Assembly (NCBI GenBank): GCA_002787355.1
Contig: PCWN01000007.1
Coordinates: 86,517 to 150,516, forward strand
Length of the DNA: 64,000 nucleotides
DNA from: Candidatus Magasanikbacteria bacterium CG11_big_fil_rev_8_21_14_0_20_39_34
GTDB taxonomy: Bacteria > Patescibacteriota > Patescibacteriia > Magasanikbacterales > UBA922
Direction of reading: 5' to 3'
Shown: piece by piece, positions 44,957-55,089 of the stretch
Layout of the letters: the number at the start of each line of letters is the position of its first letter
Numbering within the stretch: position 1 is the first letter of the stretch
Notes under the pieces: model-generated
What the model was told of the DNA's origin: nothing
The model's input: the letters and a program-made list of their open reading frames with translations, nothing else
Databases searched by the model: none
Program-made: the position numbers and the translations under genes

Positions 44957-45817
44957 ATGAAAAAAATTCTTATTTTAGGTGCAAAGGGGACACTTGGGGG
45001 AGCTCTAGTAGAGGAGTTTTCAGGGGATGCTACCGTCATTGCCTGGGACAAGGAAGATTTGGATCTGGCTCATATGGGTGATGCAAAAGAAAAGATTCAG
45101 GGGGTTCAACCAGATATTATCATCAATGCCGTTGCAATAAATGCCGTGGATGCCATAGAGGAAGATGAGGAAGTTTACGAAGTTGCCAAACAAGTGAATG
45201 GTCATGCCCCGGGGGAATTGGCAAAGATTGCAAAAGAACTTTCTATTCCATTTGTCCACTATTCAACGGATTATGTTTTTGATGGAGAAAATACATCTGG
45301 ATATCAGGAAGACGATATTCCGCATCCACTCAGTCGTTATGGGTATATTAAAAGACTTGGCGAACAAGAAGTAGAAAATGCCGGTGGAGAGTATTTTATT
45401 ATTCGTTTATCCAGATTATTTGGGAAACCAGGTATAAGTGAACATTCCAAGCGAAGTTTTGTTGATACCATGATTTTTTTGGCAACAGAAGGTGGAAAAA
45501 CTGAACTCAATGTGGTGGAGGATCAGTTTGGATCACCAACCTACGCACCGGATCTTGCAAAATTTACGCGACATCTTTTGGAAAGTGGAAAAGAACCAGG
45601 GATATATCATGGCGCAAATGATGGATCATGCAGTTGGTATCAATGGTGTAAAAAAGTTTTTGAGATAAAGGGGATTACTATCCCAGTTCATAAAGTACCC
45701 CATACAGATTTTCCACGTCCGGCACCGGTACCACAATGTTCAACACTCAAAAATACAAAGTTTCAAAAACAAAGGACTTGGCAAGAAGCATTAGAAGCAT
45801 ATTTGGCAGGTAAATAA
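44957..45817 (+). CDS. rfbD: dTDP-4-dehydrorhamnose reductase
   Basis: GAKGTLG, STDYVFDG, YG..K, DQ.GSPTYA.DLA. Confidence 0.9.
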   Translation: MKKILILGAKGTLGGALVEEFSGDATVIAWDKEDLDLAHMGDAKEKIQGVQPDIIINAVAINAVDAIEEDEEVYEVAKQVNGHAPGELAKIAKELSIPFVHYSTDYVFDGENTSGYQEDDIPHPLSRYGYIKRLGEQEVENAGGEYFIIRLSRLFGKPGISEHSKRSFVDTMIFLATEGGKTELNVVEDQFGSPTYAPDLAKFTRHLLESGKEPGIYHGANDGSCSWYQWCKKVFEIKGITIPVHKVPHTDFPRPAPVPQCSTLKNTKFQKQRTWQEALEAYLAGK

Positions 45818-45822
45818 AATAT

Positions 45823-46695
45823 ATGAAAATGGATTTGAGTATTATCACTGTCTGCACCAATGATAAAGAACGTATTTTGGAAGTACTCCAGTCTGTTTTT
45901 GATGGTACAAAAGGTATCTCTTTTGAATACATTGTTTCAGATAATGGATCAACGGATGGCTCTGTAGAAACTATACGAAAAGAGTTCCCACAAGTAAAGA
46001 TTGTAGAAAATGGAAAAAATGTGGGTTTTGGTGCTGCAAATAATGCTGCGCTCCAGCTGGCAACAGGGGAATATATTCTTCTTCTAAATCCTGATATGAG
46101 GATTCATCCAGGAAGTTTGGAAAAAATTCTTGAATGGGCAAGAAATCACGATAACGTTGGGATTGTGAGTCCAAAACTGGTAGATCAAAACGGAAAATTT
46201 CAACAAAATGCAAAGCCCAGACGTTTCCCCGAATTTTGGGATCAAGCCGCAATTTTGCTAAAATTACCACATATTTTCCCAAAAATATTGGATAGATATA
46301 TGTATATGGGGTTTGATCCAGAAAAAGAACAGAAAGTGGACTCCGTGCGTGGTTCGTTTATGTTGATTCGTAAGGATATTCTTGATACACTAGGATGGGC
46401 TTTTGATCCAAGGTATTTTATTTGGTTTGAAGATGTGGATACCTGCCGTGAGGTGCAGAGGTTAGGATATGCTGTCATGTATTCTCCAGTGATTGAATGT
46501 GTGGATTATGTAGGTCAAACATTCAAACGCCTTCCAACCCTTCAGAAGCAAAAGTGGTTTACGACATCTATGGTTCAATACTTTAAAAAGTGGGAACCGT
46601 GGTATAAGTGGATGCCACTTGTGTTTCTCAAATACATTGGTATATTTCTTGCCTGGATTTACGATACTTTTTTTCTTAAAAAAATAAAAAAATAA
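45823..46695 (+). CDS. GT2 glycosyltransferase (WbbL-like rhamnosyltransferase)
   Basis: DNGSTDGS, N.GFGAANN, LLLNPD, FEDVD.C. Confidence 0.85.
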   Translation: MKMDLSIITVCTNDKERILEVLQSVFDGTKGISFEYIVSDNGSTDGSVETIRKEFPQVKIVENGKNVGFGAANNAALQLATGEYILLLNPDMRIHPGSLEKILEWARNHDNVGIVSPKLVDQNGKFQQNAKPRRFPEFWDQAAILLKLPHIFPKILDRYMYMGFDPEKEQKVDSVRGSFMLIRKDILDTLGWAFDPRYFIWFEDVDTCREVQRLGYAVMYSPVIECVDYVGQTFKRLPTLQKQKWFTTSMVQYFKKWEPWYKWMPLVFLKYIGIFLAWIYDTFFLKKIKK

Positions 46696-46715
46696 TTTTT
46701 TCTCATTGCTTTGAT

Positions 46716-47810
46716 ATGCCAAAACTTTCCATAAACATGGTGGTATTTCATGAAAAGGAAATGAAATATATTGCCTATCTTTTTGATTCTCTAAAAAAGC
46801 AAACTTTTCAAGATTTTGAAATGCTTCTTGTAGATAACAGCGACGCAGGAAGTAGTATTATAAAAATGGTAGAAGAAAAGGCAAAAGAATTGGGAAATCC
46901 ATACAAGATAATCAAAAGCAATGGAAATGTAGGATTTGCAGCAGGACACAACAGCGGGTATAAAGAAGCAAAAACTCCTTTTGTACTCCTTTTGAACCCA
47001 GACATGTACTTGCTTCCGGATGTTCTCTCACGAATGGTAGATGTTTTGGAAAGTAACAGTAAGGCGGCTTCAGTTTCTACAAGACTCATGCGTTGGGATT
47101 TTGAAAAAGTAGAAAAAAGTAGTAAGGACAGTGTAGAAGAACAGGCACGGGAAGGGTTTACCAATCAAGTGGATGCAATAGGTATTCGTTTACTGAGAAA
47201 TCGTCGTGCGGTAGAATGGTTTGCACAAGAATTGTGGGATAAAGGAGAAGAAACGCCTCCTATGTTAGGCAATATTTTAGATAAACAAATTTTAGAAGTT
47301 TTCGGAGTTTCTGGTGCTTTGGCTATGTACAGAAAGGAAGTTGCAGATACAATACTTCTTCCGGGTGATAATCTGTTTGATCCTACGTATCACAGTTATA
47401 AAGAAGATTTAGATTTAGCATATAGACTTCGTAATGCTGGGTATACATCATATGTTGTCCTTGATTCCATTGCTTACCACGATAGAACGGCAGCAGCACC
47501 AAAAGGTTTATCCGATTTGAAGGCGGCAATGAATAAGGGAAAACAATCCGAATATGTAAAATTTCATTCCTACAAAAATCACCTTCGTACACTGTATAAA
47601 AATGAATATTGGCAAAATTTTTTTTGGGATTTTCCTTGGATTGTTTGGTTTGAACTAAAAAAATTTGCGTATATGTTGTTCATTCACCCCGTCATTTTGT
47701 GGAAAAGTGTACGAGAAATTGTAAAAGACTGGAAGTATACAAGATCTGCGCGTCGGCAAATTGTAGAAGATAGGAAACTTTATTGGAAAGGACTAAGAAG
47801 ATGGTTTTAA
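46716..47810 (+). CDS. GT2 glycosyltransferase
   Basis: VDN, N.GFAAGHN, LLNPD, YKEDLDLAYR. Confidence 0.85.
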   Translation: MPKLSINMVVFHEKEMKYIAYLFDSLKKQTFQDFEMLLVDNSDAGSSIIKMVEEKAKELGNPYKIIKSNGNVGFAAGHNSGYKEAKTPFVLLLNPDMYLLPDVLSRMVDVLESNSKAASVSTRLMRWDFEKVEKSSKDSVEEQAREGFTNQVDAIGIRLLRNRRAVEWFAQELWDKGEETPPMLGNILDKQILEVFGVSGALAMYRKEVADTILLPGDNLFDPTYHSYKEDLDLAYRLRNAGYTSYVVLDSIAYHDRTAAAPKGLSDLKAAMNKGKQSEYVKFHSYKNHLRTLYKNEYWQNFFWDFPWIVWFELKKFAYMLFIHPVILWKSVREIVKDWKYTRSARRQIVEDRKLYWKGLRRWF

Positions 47811-47814
47811 TCCT

Positions 47815-48666
47815 ATGCAGTTTGATATTGTAGTTACAATGGTAAATACCAATGAGAAGGAACTTATAAAGGGATGCCTTACTTCTTTGTGGGTGGATAC
47901 CAAGGATGACAACCTTAAAGTTGCTATTGTAATTGTAGATAATAACTCTACAGAAGATATAGAACCCATGCTCAACGAGCAGTTCAAAGACAGCTTTGCT
48001 TTTGTGCGTTTGATTCGTCAGGAAAAAAATGAAGGATTTGGAAAATCTCATAACAAGGCTATGAGTGCTGTAGAGGGAAAATATTATTTTATTCTCAATC
48101 CAGATACGCATTTTAAAGCAGGACAGCATATGCTCAAAAAGATGTATGCGTTTATGGAGGAGAATGAGAATATTGGTATGATTGGGCCAAGAATTATATA
48201 TCCGGATGGAAATATACAGTATTCTTGTTATCGGTTTCCAACATTTTTGCAACCACTCTATAGCAGAACAAAGCTTGGAAGATCCGGGAATGGGAAAAAA
48301 ATTGCGGATCATTTTTTGATGAAAGATTTTGAACACAATGCCACTATCCCGGTTGATTGGATCATGGGATCTGCCATGTTTACACGAAAAAAAGTAATAG
48401 ATGAAGTTGGGGGATTTGATGATAGGTTTTGGATGTATGCAGAAGACAGTGACTGGTGCAGAAGGCTCTGGGAGCATAATTGGCCGGTATATTATTTTCA
48501 TGAAGTAACAATAGAACATATCCATAGACGTGCCTCTGCAGATGTTCCGGGTGTTATAAAAGCAATGTTAAAAAATAAATTTGCAAGACAACACTTAAGA
48601 AGTTGGATAAAATATTTTTGGAAATGGCGTGGTAATCATAAGTACTACCAATCAAAGCTCAAATAG
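47815..48666 (+). CDS. GT2 glycosyltransferase (WbbL-like)
   Basis: VDNNS, GFGK.HN, LNPD, VDW.MGS, FDDRF.MY.ED.DWC. Confidence 0.85.
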   Translation: MQFDIVVTMVNTNEKELIKGCLTSLWVDTKDDNLKVAIVIVDNNSTEDIEPMLNEQFKDSFAFVRLIRQEKNEGFGKSHNKAMSAVEGKYYFILNPDTHFKAGQHMLKKMYAFMEENENIGMIGPRIIYPDGNIQYSCYRFPTFLQPLYSRTKLGRSGNGKKIADHFLMKDFEHNATIPVDWIMGSAMFTRKKVIDEVGGFDDRFWMYAEDSDWCRRLWEHNWPVYYFHEVTIEHIHRRASADVPGVIKAMLKNKFARQHLRSWIKYFWKWRGNHKYYQSKLK

Positions 48667-48690
48667 CAAATTTCATTTTAGTTCTTCACT

Positions 48691-49818
48691 ATGATAGAGA
48701 CAGTACACAACAATTCAATTCTCCCAAAGGTGGTTATCATGTATTTGGTATGGGACCAGGAGCCATTTCTTTATATGGATGATGTTATAATGGGGGTAGA
48801 AGCACAAACGTATGATAAAGACGCTTTAGAGTTTCTTATTGTTTATAATCACTTTAAAGAGGGAAATACATCTGCGTGCAGTCACATTCGTGAACAGATA
48901 GAAAAACATAAAGAGCGTCTTCCTCATGTAACTATTCTAGAACAGACGGAAAACCTTGGTTTTTCAGGAGGAAATAACCTTGGTATGCAATGGGCAATGG
49001 ATCATGGGTATCAGTATGTTTTTTTGCATAATGCGGATGCATATATGGGAGCCAGCTGTATCCAGGAGTTAGTAACAGCAATGGAGAATGACAAAATGAT
49101 TGGGGCTGCGCAGTCATTGGTTATGCTACATCCAGAAACCAATAAAATTAATACCTCTGGGAATGTGCTTCACTACCTTATGATAGGTTACTGTGATGAT
49201 TATAAAAAAACAAAAGAAGAAGTACATCTTCCAAAAATAAAAAAAGTTGGATATATCAGTGGAGCTGCGGTGATGATGAGAACGGATCTCCTAAAACAGT
49301 ATGGTTTTTGGGATGATGACTACTTTATGTACCATGAAGATACGGATTATTCTCTTCGATTACAGATGCAAGGGTATAAGACGGTAATGATACGCGATTC
49401 AGAATTTTTTCATAAGTATCAATTCAAAAAAAGTATCGAAAAGTATTTTTGGATAGAGAGAAATAGATATGTGCTCATTTTACTCTTTTATAAGTGGCCT
49501 ACTATTATATTTCTTCTTCCCATGCTTTTTGTATTTGAGGTTGGGCTTATCATCTTTTCATTGCGAGGAGGTTGGTTTGATAAGCGTGTGGAGGTATATC
49601 AGTACTTTCTAAAAAAAGAGAATTGGAATATTTGGCTTAAAAAAAGAACTGAAATCCAAAAAAACAGAAAAATAAGTGATAGAAGTTTACTGAAAAATGC
49701 AGGTACGGGAGTCTACTTTCAAGAAGATGAAATGCGTAACCCACTTCTTCTATATGTGGGAAATCCCTTAATGTGGGCCTATTATGTAGTAGTTGTCAAA
49801 CTCTTTATCTGGTGGTAG
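48691..49818 (+). CDS. GT2 glycosyltransferase
   Basis: NLGFSGGNN, L.NAD, SGAA, YFMY.ED.D. Confidence 0.85.
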   Translation: MIETVHNNSILPKVVIMYLVWDQEPFLYMDDVIMGVEAQTYDKDALEFLIVYNHFKEGNTSACSHIREQIEKHKERLPHVTILEQTENLGFSGGNNLGMQWAMDHGYQYVFLHNADAYMGASCIQELVTAMENDKMIGAAQSLVMLHPETNKINTSGNVLHYLMIGYCDDYKKTKEEVHLPKIKKVGYISGAAVMMRTDLLKQYGFWDDDYFMYHEDTDYSLRLQMQGYKTVMIRDSEFFHKYQFKKSIEKYFWIERNRYVLILLFYKWPTIIFLLPMLFVFEVGLIIFSLRGGWFDKRVEVYQYFLKKENWNIWLKKRTEIQKNRKISDRSLLKNAGTGVYFQEDEMRNPLLLYVGNPLMWAYYVVVVKLFIWW

Positions 49819-49826
49819 TAAAAATA

Positions 49827-49857
49827 AAAAAGACATCTCTAAAAGGGATGTCTTTTT
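49827..49857. terminator. Bidirectional terminator
   Basis: AAAAAGACATC/GATGTCTTTTT between convergent genes. Confidence 0.7.
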
Positions 49858-49862
49858 CGTTT

Positions 49863-51185
49863 TTAAAAAGAAAGTTTGTAGATATCGCCAGAATAAGAAA
49901 ATAAAATCAAATGATTTTTTTCATCAAGTGCTACTTTTTCCATATTGTCATTGGAGAGAAGCTCCTGTTGTGTGTTGTAACCGGGATTGAAGGCAATGAG
50001 CGAGTGGCGATTTTTAATGAGAAAAGAATTGCTTTCCTGGAGGAGAAATACATCATCTATGCTTTCTCCACTACGATTGAGAAGATCTATTTTTCCCGCC
50101 TCATCGATAGAGTATATTTCCCAAGCAGACCAGAAAACATATCGTGATTGTGCTGCCGAATAGAAATAACGAGTAAAGTCAAAACTTTTGTTGAGGGCAT
50201 AAGCAGAATTTTTTTGAGAAAATACCAGAGCTTTTCCACGATATGTTCCTAGAAGAAAATTTTCATTTGCATCTATTATTTTATCTATATTCTGTGGAAG
50301 GTGGAATGAGGTAGTTTGTTTGAAAGTATCAATGAGTAAGATTGTTTCGTTGGAAGAGGCAGATTGCGTCCAGAGTCTTTGGTTTGAATCTACGTACCAA
50401 ATTGGAGAATTGGTATGTGCTATAAGCAAATGGGGGGACTTCCCAAAGTCTATGGCATTGATATTTGTGCCCTCCTGAACATAAATACGATTCAAATTTT
50501 TCTTATCCCATTGAAAACTTAAAGTTGGAGAAACTACTTCTGTTTTAAAGGTGACTCGATTGGTAGGATTGTAAAAAACAAGATCCTGGGCATCGCCGTT
50601 TTGTGAAACTACTAAAAGCAGGTTTGTGTGTGGTGACCAAAAAATTTGTGGTGAAATGGAACTCGTAGTATGAAATATATTTGTTTCAGTATTATCCAAA
50701 AGATTTTTCAAAGAAATAGATTGCCCTTCAGAATCGTTTTGGAGCATGGCAACAAAATGACCATCTGAAGAAAAGGATATGTTTGTTCCGGTTGAAGAAG
50801 AAAGAATCTTTTCGGGAGTTGCTTCCTTGTATAAAGAAATGTCTTTTATATATGTAGTTTTTTTGGTTTCAACACTAATATCTTGTACCCAGTCGTGATA
50901 ACCCTCTTTTTGTATACGGAGATGATAAACTCCAGGAAGATAATTTGCCAGTCGTATAGGAAGTTTTGCATTAATAAAAATATTATTGAGGTATACCTTC
51001 GCATCATTTGGTGTAACATCTATACTTATGACTCCGGTCTGTTCTATATGGAAAGTTGAGAAGTTAAAAGTATATCCAGCGGTATAGAGGATTATAAGTG
51101 GTGAAAGAATAAAAAAGCTCAGAAAAAGGCAGAGCATGATAGCGATTCGGATGGGTCGTGTCAGAAAAACTCCCGGATAATGCAT
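49863..51185 (-). CDS. PEGA domain membrane-anchored protein with propeller-like C-terminus
   Basis: TM then TG.I.I...P..A.VYLN, PG.Y.L.I.KEGY..W. Confidence 0.8.
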   Translation of the reverse strand: MHYPGVFLTRPIRIAIMLCLFLSFFILSPLIILYTAGYTFNFSTFHIEQTGVISIDVTPNDAKVYLNNIFINAKLPIRLANYLPGVYHLRIQKEGYHDWVQDISVETKKTTYIKDISLYKEATPEKILSSSTGTNISFSSDGHFVAMLQNDSEGQSISLKNLLDNTETNIFHTTSSISPQIFWSPHTNLLLVVSQNGDAQDLVFYNPTNRVTFKTEVVSPTLSFQWDKKNLNRIYVQEGTNINAIDFGKSPHLLIAHTNSPIWYVDSNQRLWTQSASSNETILLIDTFKQTTSFHLPQNIDKIIDANENFLLGTYRGKALVFSQKNSAYALNKSFDFTRYFYSAAQSRYVFWSAWEIYSIDEAGKIDLLNRSGESIDDVFLLQESNSFLIKNRHSLIAFNPGYNTQQELLSNDNMEKVALDEKNHLILFSYSGDIYKLSF

Positions 51186-51189
51186 AAAT

Positions 51190-51218
51190 TTGAATAAAAG
51201 GGGTAAATACGCTACAAT
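51190..51218 (+). promoter_or_regulatory. murA promoter
   Basis: TTGAAT-17-TACAAT. Confidence 0.55.
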
Positions 51219-51247
51219 AGTATCACATTTATACCAAAAATCAATTT

Positions 51248-52546
51248 ATGTCATCATATATCATCCAGGGGGGAAAGCCTCTAAAGGGTACAATTACTGT
51301 AAATACAGCCAAAAATTCTGCTGTTGCGCTTTTGTGTGCGGCAACTATGGTCCAAGGTGTGGTGGTTCTCAGAGATATGCCACGAATTCAAGAGGTTGAG
51401 CGAATCTTAGAACTCCTTGCAAGCATTGGAGTGAAATTTTCATGGAAAGATAAAAAAACTTTGCAACTTAATTGCTCAGGGAAATTGCATATGGAAACTA
51501 TTGATAAACGGGCATGTCGCAATACCCGTGCATCTCTACTGCTTTTGGGGGCATTATCAGCACGTGTAAAAGAGTTTAAGCTATACAAGTCTGGTGGTTG
51601 TAAACTTGGAAAAAGAACGGTGAAGCCACACCTGTTTGCGTTGGAAAAATTTGGTGTTGAGGTAGCCTCAAAACCAGGCTACTACGAAGTAAAAAACAAA
51701 AGACAGCGTGCTGGTACTGTGATCATGTATGAAGCGGGAGATACGCCAACAGAAAATGCGATTATGGCTGCGGTTCTCACACCTGGGAGAACAACTATTA
51801 AATTTGCATCTGCAAATTATATGGTTCAGGATCTTTGTCATTTTCTCATTTCTGCAGGAGCAAAAATTTCGGGTATTGGAACAACAACACTTCAAATTGA
51901 TGGTGTAAAAAAATTGAAAAAAACAGAATATAATATCATGCCTGATCCTATTGAAGCGTTTGCTTTTGTTGCGTTGGGAGTGACAACAAATTCTGAGATT
52001 ACCATAAAAAATTGTCCGCTTGATTTTTTAGAGTTGGAGTTGGAAAAGATAAAAATAATGGGGCAGAAATTTCATTTATCAAAAGAAAGAAAATCAAAAA
52101 ACGGAAATTTTAGAATTGCTGATATAACTTTGAAGAAAAGTCAGTTAGTGGCACTTCCAGATAAAATATCTTGTCAGCCATTTCCAGGTCTTAATATAGA
52201 TAACCTTCCTTTTTTTATTCCTATCCTCACTCAAGCAAAAGGGAGAACTTTGGTTCATGATTGGGTTTATGAAAATCGTGCCATCTATGGTTTAGAATTA
52301 CAAAAACTTGGTGCAGAAATTTATCTGATAGATCCACATAGACTTTTTGTAGAGGGGAAGTCAAAAATGATGGGAGCGGAATTGATGTGTCCTCCGGCTA
52401 TTCGTCCGGCGGTTGCGGTGCTTATTGCTATGATTGCTGCAAAAGGGAAATCTCTTTTGCGCAATTGTTATCCCATTGAGCGCGGTTATGAAAATATTGT
52501 TTCTCGTCTTCACGATATAGGTGTAGATATAGAACAGGTAAACTAA
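51248..52546 (+). CDS. murA: UDP-N-acetylglucosamine 1-carboxyvinyltransferase
   Basis: AKNSA, GGCKLGKR, TEN..MAA, PFPG, ENR, I.RGYE. Confidence 0.93.
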   Translation: MSSYIIQGGKPLKGTITVNTAKNSAVALLCAATMVQGVVVLRDMPRIQEVERILELLASIGVKFSWKDKKTLQLNCSGKLHMETIDKRACRNTRASLLLLGALSARVKEFKLYKSGGCKLGKRTVKPHLFALEKFGVEVASKPGYYEVKNKRQRAGTVIMYEAGDTPTENAIMAAVLTPGRTTIKFASANYMVQDLCHFLISAGAKISGIGTTTLQIDGVKKLKKTEYNIMPDPIEAFAFVALGVTTNSEITIKNCPLDFLELELEKIKIMGQKFHLSKERKSKNGNFRIADITLKKSQLVALPDKISCQPFPGLNIDNLPFFIPILTQAKGRTLVHDWVYENRAIYGLELQKLGAEIYLIDPHRLFVEGKSKMMGAELMCPPAIRPAVAVLIAMIAAKGKSLLRNCYPIERGYENIVSRLHDIGVDIEQVN

Positions 52547-52551
52547 GAGTT

Positions 52552-53817
52552 ATGTTCAAAAACAAACACATTCAAAGAAGGTTTCTTTTCGGTCTGCTTT
52601 TTTTGGTCATCTTTTTTCTTGGGTTTTTTTCTGGTACTACGTTCAGTATAAAAAAATCTGTTTTAAATGAAGATGGAGAAGTGGAAATTACAAAAGTAAT
52701 GGATCTCTATAGTAAGACACGGTCAGATAAAGTAAGTTTTGATCAATTTTGGAAACTTTGGGATGAAATTCATGAAAAGTATGTTATTCAACCGGTGGAT
52801 GATGTAAAACTTTTTTATGGGGCGATGCAGGGGCTTGTAGCGGGTATTGGGGATCAACATTCTGTATTTTTTCCACCAGAACAAGCAAAACAGTTTGCAG
52901 AGGATCTTTCAGGAAAGTTCAGTGGCATTGGCGCAGAGATTGGTGAAAAGGAGGACAGACTCGTAGTAATTGCACCACTTGCGGGGTCACCTTCTGAAAA
53001 AGCGGGAATTCGTACGGGCGATACTATCCTTACCATAGATGGAAAGGAAACATATGGATTGACTGTGGGCGAGGCAGTAGAAAAAATTCGAGGAGAAAAA
53101 GGAACGAAGGTCGTTTTGGGGGTATCAAGAAATGATGGAGCGGTTACGAAAGATATTACAGTAATTCGTGCGGATATTGATGTGCCTACCGTTACATTGG
53201 ATTTTCTGGACGGGAATATAGCGCTTTTGAAAATTGCCTATTTTAATGGGAATACAGTAAAACAGTTTAATGAAAAGGTTTTAGAAATTGAAAAGAAAAA
53301 TCCTCAGGGGATTGTACTTGATATGAGAAGTAACCCGGGTGGATATCTTGATGCTGCCATTGTTGTTGCCAGTGAATGGATCCCCGATGGAGAAGTACTT
53401 AAAGAAAAATTTAAAGATGGAGAAGCAAAAGTGTATAGAAGTAGTGGGAGTCATAAACTCACTGGTATTCCAACCGTAATTTTGGTAGACGAAGGCACAG
53501 CCTCTGGATCAGAAATTGTAGCAGGAGCGTTACAAGATTATCAAATTGCAAAACTAGTAGGAAAAAAGACATATGGAAAGGGATCAGTGCAAGATTTTGA
53601 AATTTTAGATGATGGATCAGCAGTAAAACTTACTGTTGCGCTTTGGTATACACCGGCAGATCGTGCTATCAATGGGGAAGGTTTAAAACCAGATGTTGAA
53701 GTAGAAAAGATGTTTGTAGAAAAACCTGGGGTGGAAGAAGGAAAAGGGGAGACCCGGGATGATTTTGTTGATATGGGATTGAAAAAGGGACTCGAAGTTC
53801 TCAAAGAAAAATTATGA
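52552..53817 (+). CDS. ctpA: Carboxyl-terminal processing protease (S41, PDZ)
   Basis: GIGAEI, LD.R.NPGG, TASGSEI, T.GKGSVQ. Confidence 0.92.
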   Translation: MFKNKHIQRRFLFGLLFLVIFFLGFFSGTTFSIKKSVLNEDGEVEITKVMDLYSKTRSDKVSFDQFWKLWDEIHEKYVIQPVDDVKLFYGAMQGLVAGIGDQHSVFFPPEQAKQFAEDLSGKFSGIGAEIGEKEDRLVVIAPLAGSPSEKAGIRTGDTILTIDGKETYGLTVGEAVEKIRGEKGTKVVLGVSRNDGAVTKDITVIRADIDVPTVTLDFLDGNIALLKIAYFNGNTVKQFNEKVLEIEKKNPQGIVLDMRSNPGGYLDAAIVVASEWIPDGEVLKEKFKDGEAKVYRSSGSHKLTGIPTVILVDEGTASGSEIVAGALQDYQIAKLVGKKTYGKGSVQDFEILDDGSAVKLTVALWYTPADRAINGEGLKPDVEVEKMFVEKPGVEEGKGETRDDFVDMGLKKGLEVLKEKL

Positions 53818-54176
53818 AATTAACCTCAGAGGTGATTCACGGAGATAAGATTGGGAGGACCGTTGGCTACCCTACAGCAAATATAGATATAGATTTTTTT
53901 GAATGCACATTGGTCTCTGGAGTGTATGTTTCTCACATTCTTTTGAAAGGGGGACAATATAACGGTTTACTCGTAGTACAAAAGGAGATGCAAAAAGCTG
54001 AAGTACATCTTCTTGATTACCTTGGTGAAGATTTTTATTCACAAGTAATTGAGATTGATGTCTTTGACAAAATAAGCGAAATAGAACGGTTTACAGATGT
54101 ACCTTCTTTAAAGAAAAAAATTCAACATGATATAGATAAGGCAAGAAAATGGTTGGAGAAAAATAGTTCAGAATAA
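53814..54176 (+). CDS. Monofunctional riboflavin kinase (RibF C-terminal domain only)
   Basis: G..IGR..GYPTAN, GVY, EVH..D, L...I..DI. Confidence 0.85.
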   Translation: MKLTSEVIHGDKIGRTVGYPTANIDIDFFECTLVSGVYVSHILLKGGQYNGLLVVQKEMQKAEVHLLDYLGEDFYSQVIEIDVFDKISEIERFTDVPSLKKKIQHDIDKARKWLEKNSSE

Positions 54177-54207
54177 AAAAAACCCGGTAGAAACCGGGTT
54201 TTTTTTT
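54175..54207. terminator. Bidirectional terminator
   Basis: A8-CCCGGT-AGAA-ACCGGG-T9. Confidence 0.85.
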
Positions 54208-54484
54208 ATTCTGGTAAAACGTGAACGTAAGTAGATGTCTTTAAGGTTCTGTCAAAGCGTACTCGCTTTTTCTTTTGAAACTTTACAACACCTTTTGTCA
54301 TTGCATATAAGGTGTCATCCTTACCGCGTTTTACATTTTTTCCTGGGTGAATCTTTGTTCCTCGCTGGCGAACGATGATCATTCCCGTTTTCACGGTTTG
54401 TCCATCAGCAACTTTTGTACCAAGGTACTGTGGATTTGAATCTCGTCCCAGCCGGGTAGAACCACCCGCCTTTTTATGTGCCAT
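54206..54484 (-). CDS. rpmA: 50S ribosomal protein L27
   Basis: [16 protein letters not shown]...RQRGTK.HPG.NV..GKDDTL. Confidence 0.98.
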   Translation of the reverse strand: MAHKKAGGSTRLGRDSNPQYLGTKVADGQTVKTGMIIVRQRGTKIHPGKNVKRGKDDTLYAMTKGVVKFQKKKRVRFDRTLKTSTYVHVLPE

Positions 54485-54592
54485 AGGGAGTTTATTGTAA
54501 AATATAGATTCTTTCCAGTGGTCCTTTGTCTACCAACTTGGGACGCGAATGATACGAGGGATATAGCCCATATCAGCTGAGAAATTGCAGGT

Positions 54593-54621
54593 ATTATAGT
54601 ATATATAGGTTTTTTTGTCAA
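54593..54621 (-). promoter_or_regulatory. Consensus sigma70 promoter of rpmA
   Basis: TTGACA-17-TATAAT on the minus strand. Confidence 0.85.
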
Positions 54622-54730
54622 GAAAACCTGGCATAGGAGGGAAAATGTATATATATCTTGATATTTCGCTTTTTTTAGCATATACTAAGAAGGAATTGGA
54701 CGTTCTATTTATGTTTTTTAATCGTAGTTC

Positions 54731-55081
54731 ATGTATCCACTTAAACTCTATTTCAAGAATTCCTTAAATATTGTTTTTCTTTCTTTAGCACTTTTGATGA
54801 ACATATCTTTATGGGTATGGCTCTTTTTGGATATTGGGCCAAGGGAAGAACAAATTTTTTTACACTATAATATACTGTACGGAGTAGACCTGATTGGGAC
54901 CTGGGGAAAGGTACTCTATCTTCCGATTATTGGTTTATGTATCCTTATTATCAATGCCTTTTTGGGTTGGCTTTTATTTGAAAGAAGTAAAGTGCCTGCA
55001 TATCTTTTGTCCTTATCTTCAGTAGTTTGCCATATATTTTTGTTGTTGGCAGCATACTTGCTTGTTTTCCTCAACGTATAG
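54731..55081 (+). CDS. Three-TM membrane protein (DUF1648-like)
   Basis: LHYNI..GVD..G motif. Confidence 0.6.
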   Translation: MYPLKLYFKNSLNIVFLSLALLMNISLWVWLFLDIGPREEQIFLHYNILYGVDLIGTWGKVLYLPIIGLCILIINAFLGWLLFERSKVPAYLLSLSSVVCHIFLLLAAYLLVFLNV

Positions 55082-55089
55082 AAAACTTT

